From positions 209,346 to 241,345 of the forward strand of contig NZ_FNLK01000010.1 in the NCBI RefSeq assembly GCF_900105015.1: a DNA stretch of 32,000 nt. Reading direction: 5' to 3'. Below, in pieces: positions 26,716 to 32,000 of this stretch. The translations under genes and the position numbers were made by a program. The stretch is from Schaalia meyeri. GTDB lineage: Bacteria > Actinomycetota > Actinomycetes > Actinomycetales > Actinomycetaceae. The notes under the pieces are model-generated. The model was given only the letters and a program-made list of their open reading frames with translations. It made no database searches and had not been told where the DNA came from. How positions within the stretch are numbered: the stretch's first letter is position 1; every line of letters begins with the position of its first letter.

Positions 26716-26887
26716 CCACCGCCCACGAACACCAACAACCAACCAGGCCCGCATGAAACCCACACCACCCCCACACCGCCAAAAACCCCAAAATCCAAAC
26801 CAAATCACCACGCAGGGGCGGCCACAGTTTCACCCCCACCCACAAACACCAGCAACCAAAACCCCAAGTCGCCCCGCAGTCCCGCAG
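26716..26887. repeat. 172-bp low-complexity C/A-rich, G- and T-poor tract on the + strand; G-run-rich on the - strand
   Basis: Runs such as CCACCGCCCACGAACACCAACAACCAACC...CACACCACCCCCACACCGCCAAAAACCCCAAAATCCAAACCAAATCACC...CACCCCCACCCACAAACACC. The tract is absent from the equivalent position of repeat copy B. Confidence 0.8.
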
Positions 26888-26914
26888 CGACCTTCAACCG
26901 GGTAGGCATTGGAT

Positions 26915-26945
26915 TTGACCATGACGCGGCGTGAGGCTTTTGAAT
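26915..26945 (+). promoter_or_regulatory. MerR-type promoter candidate: -35 TTGACC, 19-bp spacer with dyad TGACGC-G-GCGTGA (26922-26934), -10 TTGAAT; ATG 7 nt downstream (leaderless)
   Basis: Hexamers and spacer were counted from the sequence. A 19-bp spacer containing a dyad is the hallmark of MerR/TipA-regulated promoters. There is no SD before the ATG at 26953. Confidence 0.4.
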
Positions 26946-26952
26946 CAATGTC

Positions 26953-27747
26953 ATGAGCAACAACGACACTCTCTACACCGTCGGCGAGGTAGCTGAACGC
27001 TTCGCGCTGACGGTTAGAACACTGCACCACTGGGAGGCCCAGGGGCTCCTGATCCCCGTTGAGCGAAGCTGGTCGAACTACCGGCTGTACTCGGCTGAGG
27101 ACTGTGCCCGCGTGCAGCGGATCGTCATCTACCGTGCCACTGGCATGAAGCTGACGGACATCAAGGCTCTCCTCGAATCCGACGAGTCGGGTGTGTCGCA
27201 CCTCAAGCGACAGCGAGAGAGCCTCGTTGCTCAACGTCAACAGACGGACAAGATGATCGAAGCCATAGACATATTGCTGGAGGACACAATGAACGACAAC
27301 GCTCTGACCGTGGAAGAGATCGGCGCGATCCTGGGGGATGCCGACTTTGCGGCCCATCAGGAGCGGGCAGAGGAATGCTACGGCGATACCGACGACTGGA
27401 AAGAGTGGCATCGCCGCACCGCCTCGTGGAGGGAAAGAGACTGGCGGGCCAACGCCGAACGGATTCAACAGATCGAATCCGACCTGATCGAAGCGATCCG
27501 TGACGGCGTTGCTCCCGACAGTGATCGGGCGGCCGAGCTCGTCGACGCACACCGAGAAGCCCTGAGCGAGTACTTCCCCGTGAGTCCTGCGAAGCACTAC
27601 CTGATCTCGTGCGCCTACGTCTGCGATGAGGGCTTCCGCTCCCACTACGACTCCCAGCAAGAGGGTTTCGCCCAGTGGCTCGCGACCGCGATCGAGTACG
27701 TTGCGCGCGACAGCGGCGTGGACACGGACAATCCCAAATGGGAATGA
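26953..27747 (+). CDS. MerR-family transcriptional regulator with a TipAS-like C-terminal effector domain
   Basis: N-terminal YTVGEVAERFALTVRTLHHWEAQGLL...YRLYSAEDCARVQRI is the MerR HTH. The C-terminal region (DDWKEW...YVCDEGFRSHYDSQQEGFAQWLATAIEY) resembles TipAS antibiotic-recognition domains. Confidence 0.8.
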   Translation: MSNNDTLYTVGEVAERFALTVRTLHHWEAQGLLIPVERSWSNYRLYSAEDCARVQRIVIYRATGMKLTDIKALLESDESGVSHLKRQRESLVAQRQQTDKMIEAIDILLEDTMNDNALTVEEIGAILGDADFAAHQERAEECYGDTDDWKEWHRRTASWRERDWRANAERIQQIESDLIEAIRDGVAPDSDRAAELVDAHREALSEYFPVSPAKHYLISCAYVCDEGFRSHYDSQQEGFAQWLATAIEYVARDSGVDTDNPKWE

Positions 27748-27857
27748 ATAACCCCTCGCCGCGCAGCTGAGCAGCGCTTCCCGGGGGCTGCTGTCCTGCG
27801 CCGCTGGTTTCCGGCCGCCCCTGGCCATACCCTCGGGTTCTGGCCGCCGCGGGGCCT

Positions 27858-27930
27858 GCCCGCCCGCTCGATCGCCACACGCGAGCCTGTCGGCTCGGAG
27901 TGCTCGCTCTCGAAGCCCGGCCAGGCCCCG
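27858..27930. repeat. 73-bp direct repeat, copy B
   Basis: See copy A. Three mismatches, with copies 1215 bp apart bracketing the merR-like gene. Confidence 0.85.
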
Positions 27931-27933
27931 AGG

Positions 27934-27963
27934 CGGCCTTCAACCGGGCGGCCTTCAACCGGG
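27934..27963. repeat. 15-bp tandem duplication (CGGCCTTCAACCGGG x2, partial third CGG)
   Basis: Two exact adjacent copies. A single 14/15 copy (CGACCTTCAACCGGG) occurs at 26888-26902, downstream of repeat copy A. Confidence 0.85.
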
Positions 27964-28315
27964 CGGCGCGGTAATGGAGCCTCGGGGAGTACGGGTGTGT
28001 CGGCACGCCCTCACCGGGGCGGTGTTGGTTTCCGTCGGCGTGCCGTCTCGCCATGGTGCCATGATCAGGGTCTTAGATGAGCCCCGTAAGGCCGGGAATG
28101 CACTCGCGCGTGAAACCGGCGTCGCCCCCGCTGGTGGTTGCTTTTGCCGGTTGAAACCGTGGCCACCCCTGCTGTGGTGATTCGTCGCAGAATCGGCTGT
28201 TTTCCTGAGGCGGGGGTGGTCTTGGTTTCAAACTCGATCTGGGGGCTATACCGGGGGTGGAACGCCGACGCACTCAGCCGGTGATGCGCGACATAAGCCT
28301 GGGTTCTCATCCAAG

Positions 28316-28345
28316 TTGCCAGGCTATAGGCCGCTCTGCTACCAT
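28316..28345 (+). promoter_or_regulatory. Candidate tRNA-Asn promoter (-35 TTGCCA, 18-bp spacer, -10 TACCAT)
   Basis: Hexamers read by eye. The -10 ends 15 nt before the mature tRNA 5' end. Confidence 0.3.
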
Positions 28346-28360
28346 CTTCTTTTGTCGCAA

Positions 28361-28435
28361 TCCTGCGTAGCTCAACGGCAGAGCATCCGACTGTTAATCG
28401 GACGGTTACTGGTTCGAATCCAGTCGCAGGAGCCA
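28361..28435 (+). tRNA. tRNA-Asn (anticodon GTT), CCA encoded
   Basis: Acceptor TCCTGCG/CGCAGGA, D stem GCTC/GAGC, anticodon stem TCCGA/TCGGA with loop CTGTTAA, T arm ACTGG-TTCGAAT-CCAGT, discriminator G, then CCA. Confidence 0.9.
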
Positions 28436-28438
28436 CAG

Positions 28439-28470
28439 CCCCGAGTTTTTGCAAACTCGGGGATTTTTGT
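28439..28470 (+). terminator. Intrinsic terminator after tRNA-Asn
   Basis: 10-bp stem CCCCGAGTTT / AAACTCGGGG, loop TTGC, tail ATTTTTGTTT. Confidence 0.8.
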
Positions 28471-28646
28471 TTACCGCCGATCCGCGCGCGGGCGTGGCGC
28501 CGACGTGCAACCGCCCCGAAGTTTTCGCGCAGGGCTCGAGGCGTCCGCGCGCCAATGAGTGCCCCTGTTCGGGGGCGAGGCAAACGGGGCAAGGTGAGGA
28601 AAATGGCGTGAGGCAAACGAGGTAAAACGAGGCGAGGGGAGCCGGG

Positions 28647-29003
28647 ATGAGGGAAGAGCTGGTCGAGGCCGTCCTGCGGATAGTGGAGGCGATTCCGCCG
28701 GGGCGGGCGGCGACCTACGGGATGATCGCGCGTGCGGTTGGTACGAGTCCGCGCGTTGTGGGGCGGATCATGCACGATTGGGGCGGTGGTGTTCCGTGGT
28801 GGCGCGTCGTGAGCGCTCACGGAACTTACCCAACAACTATTCGGGATAGTGGCCTCGCTGAGTGGGAAAAGGAGGGGATGCCTCACGATGTGATGCGGGG
28901 GAAACTCTTACTCGACCAGTGTGCTGTTGAGCAGGAGTGGCTGGATTGCGTTGGGCGGATTATCGTTGATAATCTGCGAAATAGTACCGAATTATCAGAC
29001 TAG
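28647..29003 (+). CDS. MGMT-family DNA-binding protein lacking the acceptor cysteine (alkyltransferase-like, ATL)
   Basis: IPPGRAATYGMIARAVG...PRVVGRIM...VPWWRVV aligns to the MGMT HTH and active-site loop (IPxG..xYG...A.AVG...PCHRV). Trp-Trp replaces Cys-His (codons at 28797-28802). Confidence 0.7.
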   Translation: MREELVEAVLRIVEAIPPGRAATYGMIARAVGTSPRVVGRIMHDWGGGVPWWRVVSAHGTYPTTIRDSGLAEWEKEGMPHDVMRGKLLLDQCAVEQEWLDCVGRIIVDNLRNSTELSD

Positions 29004-29117
29004 TGTGGGGCGCGCTCTGTTGCGATTTGATTACGCGATGGCGGATCGGGGTCGCGCCAGAGACTGTGATGCTCTACGCTTAAAGGGACGCCAAAGAGGG
29101 CGTTCTCTCGGAACTGT

Positions 29118-29137
29118 TTTCGTTAGCGTTAACGAAA
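29118..29137. promoter_or_regulatory. 8-4-8 inverted repeat TTTCGTTA-GCGT-TAACGAAA, a candidate operator upstream of the sugar ABC operon
   Basis: Perfect 8-bp arms, overlapped by the 8-bp palindrome CGTTAACG. Lies 55 nt upstream of the ATPase GTG start. Confidence 0.4.
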
Positions 29138-29191
29138 CTGGGGGAGCAAACTCCAGAAACAGAGAAGTTACTGGTACCCAAGGGGTGAGAA

Positions 29192-30709
29192 GTGACGAAC
29201 TTATTAGAGCTCAAAGGGATCTCAAAGACGTTCCCCGGTGTGAAGGCGCTGTCCGACGTGGACCTCGACCTTCGCCCCGGCGAGATCTTGGGTCTCTGCG
29301 GTGAGAACGGGGCGGGCAAGTCCACGCTCATGAAGGTCCTCACCGGCATCCACAAATCCGACCCGGGCGGCGAGATCTGGCTGCAGGGGGAGCGGGTTGA
29401 TATCCAGTCGCCCGAGCACGCGCGCGACCTGGGCCTGTCGATCATCCATCAGGAACTCAACATTGTTCCCGACTTGACGGTCGCCCAAAATCTGTACATC
29501 GGGCGTCCCAACACGTCCAAGTGGATGTACATCAACGACAGCCGGATGATTCGCGACGCGCGCGAACTGTTTGAGCGCCTCAACATGGACATCGACCCCA
29601 CCGCGCACTGCAGGGATCTGCCAGTCGCGCGCCTGCAGATGGTCGAAATCGCCCGCGCGCTGTCTTTCGATTCGAAGATCCTGGTCATGGACGAACCGAC
29701 GGCGCCGCTGACCACCACCGAAACCGAGTCTCTTTTCGAGCTGGTCCGCGATTTCGTCAGCCCGACGACCGGCCTGATTTTCATCACTCACCGCATGCCG
29801 GAGCTCACCGAGCTCACCGACCGCATTTCGGTGCTGCGCGACGGGAAGTACATCGGCACGGTGGACACGGCCTCGACGCCCATGAGCGAGGTCGTCAAGA
29901 TGATGGTCGGCCGCGAGGTTCCGGCCGACGCCCGCCCCACCACCTCGCCCCTGTCGGACGAGGCCGTCCTGCGGGTTGAGCACCTGTCGACCGTCAAGGC
30001 TGTCCACGACGTTTCCTTCGAGGTCAAGAAAGGCGAGATCCTCGGTTTCGCGGGCCTGGTCGGCGCCGGACGTACCGAGGTCGCGCGCGCCCTCTTCGGC
30101 GCGGATCCCCACACCGAGGGGGACATCTACGTTCACGGAAAGAAGGTGTCGATCAAGAGCGCCTCCGACGCCGTGAGGAACGGTATCGGCTACCTGTCCG
30201 AGGACCGTAAACAGTACGGGCTGCTCCTGGATAAAGACATCTCCTTTAACACGGGCTTGGCGGCCATGGACCATTTCACCAAGGGAACGGTCGTCGCCAC
30301 GCAAAAGATGCGCCAGGTCGCCCAGGAATACGTGAAGAAGCTGCGCACCCGCACCCCCAGCGTGGACGTTGAGCTGCGCAGCCTCTCGGGCGGTAATCAG
30401 CAAAAGGTCGTCGTCGCCAAGTGGCTGGAGCGTAACTCGGACATATTGATCTTCGATGAGCCGACGCGCGGCATTGACGTGGGCGCCAAGGACGAGATCT
30501 ATACGCTGCTGGAGGACCTGGCGAAACAGGGCAAGGCCATCATCGTGATCTCCTCGGAGCTGCCCGAGGTCCTGCGCCTGGCCAACCGCATCGCCGTCAT
30601 GGCACACGGCCGCATCATCGGCACCCTCAACAACGAGGAAGCCACCCAAGAAAACATCATGGAACTGGCCACTGTCGGTCAGGAAGAAGCGAACGGAGAA
30701 GTTGCGTGA
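29192..30709 (+). CDS. Sugar ABC transporter ATP-binding protein, duplicated NBD (CUT2 family, RbsA/MglA-like)
   Basis: GENGAGKSTLMKVL Walker A. Both NBDs have Walker B motifs (ILVMDEPTAPL and LIFDEPTRGID), with LSGGNQQKVVVAKWL in the second. About 500 aa, typical of CUT2 ATPases. GTG start. Confidence 0.85.
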   Translation: MTNLLELKGISKTFPGVKALSDVDLDLRPGEILGLCGENGAGKSTLMKVLTGIHKSDPGGEIWLQGERVDIQSPEHARDLGLSIIHQELNIVPDLTVAQNLYIGRPNTSKWMYINDSRMIRDARELFERLNMDIDPTAHCRDLPVARLQMVEIARALSFDSKILVMDEPTAPLTTTETESLFELVRDFVSPTTGLIFITHRMPELTELTDRISVLRDGKYIGTVDTASTPMSEVVKMMVGREVPADARPTTSPLSDEAVLRVEHLSTVKAVHDVSFEVKKGEILGFAGLVGAGRTEVARALFGADPHTEGDIYVHGKKVSIKSASDAVRNGIGYLSEDRKQYGLLLDKDISFNTGLAAMDHFTKGTVVATQKMRQVAQEYVKKLRTRTPSVDVELRSLSGGNQQKVVVAKWLERNSDILIFDEPTRGIDVGAKDEIYTLLEDLAKQGKAIIVISSELPEVLRLANRIAVMAHGRIIGTLNNEEATQENIMELATVGQEEANGEVA

Positions 30710-31710
30710 GCACCGTCGTCGACAACAAGGGACTGGAGGCGCCGTCGCCTGTCAGGACCTTCCTGAAGAACAACATGCAGCTGCTGCTTGTCACGGTTGC
30801 CCTGTTCGTCATCCTGCTGTTCTTCAGCATCGCAGCCAGCGGCTTTGCGAAGCCCAACATCTACCTGGATATCGTTTTGCAGTCCGCCTACACGGGCGTC
30901 ATGGCGCTGGGCGCGACCTTCGTGATCGCAACCTCCGGCATCGACCTGTCCGTGGGCACGGGCATGAGCCTCGTGGCCGTCATGGCGGGCATCTTCCTGG
31001 CGGGGGACAAGATGAACCTGCCGCTGGGTTTGGGCCTGCTCCTGACCCTGCTGGTGGGCATGGCGATCGGGCTGGTCAACGGCCTGAACGTCTCGATCCT
31101 GGGCCTGCCTCCGTTCATCGCAACGCTCGCGATGATGATGGTCGCCCGGGGCCTGGCGCTCATCATTTCAAACAAGGCCTCCATCACGATCGCCAACTCG
31201 GGTTACAAGGCCATCGCGCGCGGCGAATTGATCCCGCACGTGGCGAACGCCGTCCTCATCTTCGTGATCCTCACGGCCCTGGCGACCTTCCTCATGAACA
31301 AGACCCTGCTGGGGCGTTACTCTCTGGCGATCGGCTCCAACGAGGAGGCCACCCGCCTCTCCGGCGTCAACGTTCGCCTCTGGAAGATCATCATCTACGT
31401 GGTCGCGGGTGCGTTCATGGCCATCGGCGCGGTCCTGTATTCCTCGCGTGGCGGCCTGGTCCAGCCGGCTGAAGGCGTGGGCATGGAGCTCAACGTCATT
31501 GCTGCGGCGGTCATCGGCGGAACCTCCCTCTCGGGCGGTCGCGCCTCGATCCCCGGCGCGCTGGTGGGCGCGATCATCATGGAGACCCTGAAGAAGGGCC
31601 TGACTATGATGGGTATTGCCGCCGAATGGCAGTTCGTCGTCACCGGCATCGTCCTGCTGCTGGCTGTCGTCATCGACAACATCCGCCGCGTTCGCGAGAA
31701 CGCCGCCTGA
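30706..31710 (+). CDS. Sugar ABC transporter permease (RbsC-like, CUT2)
   Basis: 334 aa polytopic protein with GIDLSVG and GGTSLSGGR motifs typical of BPD_transp_2 ribose-type permeases. GTGA overlap with the ATPase. Confidence 0.85.
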   Translation: MSTVVDNKGLEAPSPVRTFLKNNMQLLLVTVALFVILLFFSIAASGFAKPNIYLDIVLQSAYTGVMALGATFVIATSGIDLSVGTGMSLVAVMAGIFLAGDKMNLPLGLGLLLTLLVGMAIGLVNGLNVSILGLPPFIATLAMMMVARGLALIISNKASITIANSGYKAIARGELIPHVANAVLIFVILTALATFLMNKTLLGRYSLAIGSNEEATRLSGVNVRLWKIIIYVVAGAFMAIGAVLYSSRGGLVQPAEGVGMELNVIAAAVIGGTSLSGGRASIPGALVGAIIMETLKKGLTMMGIAAEWQFVVTGIVLLLAVVIDNIRRVRENAA

Positions 31711-31807
31711 TCCCCTTTCCACATCAGAATCACCCATCGTGGACCGACGTCGGTCCGCACACACAATGGGCGGGAATGGCCCCGCCAACTCCACGAAAGG
31801 AACACCA

Positions 31808-32000
31808 ATGCGCCCCATCGGACGTATCATCGCCGCCGCTGCCGCCGGCTCTATGGCCCTGGGTTTGGCTGCCTGTACGACCTCGACGGATTCCGCCGAC
31901 TCTAAGAATGGCTCCGCAGGCCAGTCGTCGGGTGCCAACAAGGTCGACACTTCCGGAAACCAGCAGGATTGGGAAAAGGCCGCCGTGAAGGGCGACGGCA
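31808..32000 (+). CDS. Lipoprotein, probably the sugar-binding protein of the CUT2 system (partial; runs off the window)
   Basis: Not in the ORF track because the frame is open at the edge. My translation is MRPIGRIIAAAAAGSMALGLAACTTSTDSADSKNG..., a signal peptide with lipobox LAAC. AAAGGA RBS. Follows the ATPase and permease genes. Confidence 0.55.
   Translation, partial: MRPIGRIIAAAAAGSMALGLAACTTSTDSADSKNGSAGQSSGANKVDTSGNQQDWEKAAVKGDG

Noticed and set aside
26414-26905. 163-aa plus-strand ORF (Pro/Thr/Gln/Arg-rich) starting inside rplL and running through the C/A-rich tract. Minus-strand ORFs 26061-26798, 26119-26811 and 26510-26845 were also considered.
   Set aside because: These are frame-shifted overlaps with rplL and translations of a low-complexity tract, with no RBS and no domain-like sequence. 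The similar peptides encoded at both 73-bp repeats simply reflect the DNA repeat.
27934-27966. Short tandem and direct repeats considered as a CRISPR array.
   Set aside because: There are only two adjacent 15-bp units without spacers. The 73-bp repeats are 1.2 kb apart and enclose a gene. No cas genes are present.
28065-28886. 273-aa minus-strand ORF spanning the tRNA-Asn gene and the ATL gene start.
   Set aside because: It runs antisense through a well-formed tRNA and its terminator and has Arg/Pro-rich composition.
26518-29003. tRNA-Asn-associated integrated genomic island or prophage remnant.
   Set aside because: There is no integrase, excisionase or transposase. I found no duplicated copy of the tRNA 3' end. 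The direct repeats seen do not include tRNA sequence. Only a recombination scar is proposed.

Overview
This is a high-GC chromosomal window from an actinobacterium, probably Actinomycetaceae-like; the taxon is inferred from composition and synteny only. (1) 1-10.0 kb is a sialic-acid utilisation locus. It holds a small sialidase-like gene, a divergent GntR/FadR regulator (nanR-like), a four-gene family-5 ABC importer (lipoprotein SBP, permease, fused permease-ATPase, ATPase), then nanA, nanK (ROK) and nanE, closed by a strong terminator. (2) 10.1-15.8 kb holds an apparently leaderless MFS transporter, murB, and a tightly coupled minus-strand operon (aminotransferase, alpha/beta hydrolase, adenosine deaminase). 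(3) 16.0-26.5 kb is the conserved tRNA-Trp/secE/nusG/rplK/rplA ... rplJ/rplL block. Here rplA and rplJ are separated by a 6.4-kb translationally coupled five-gene transporter module. That module is an MptD/Trep_Strep-type ECF S component, EcfT, a fused double ATPase and two TMD-NBD ABC half-transporters, with unknown substrate. It is the best candidate in the window for an uncharacterised system. (4) 26.5-32.0 kb has no rpoBC after rplL. Instead there is a TipA-like MerR gene bracketed by 73-bp direct repeats, with a 172-bp C/A-rich, G-poor tract inserted in the upstream copy. After it come tRNA-Asn, an alkyltransferase-like (ATL) protein with PWWRV in place of PCHRV, and the start of a CUT2-type sugar ABC operon. 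I found no CRISPR array, integrase, transposase or recognisable defence genes. Many long ORFs antisense to the called genes are treated as high-GC artefacts. All calls rest on motif recognition by eye; no searches or folding calculations were run.
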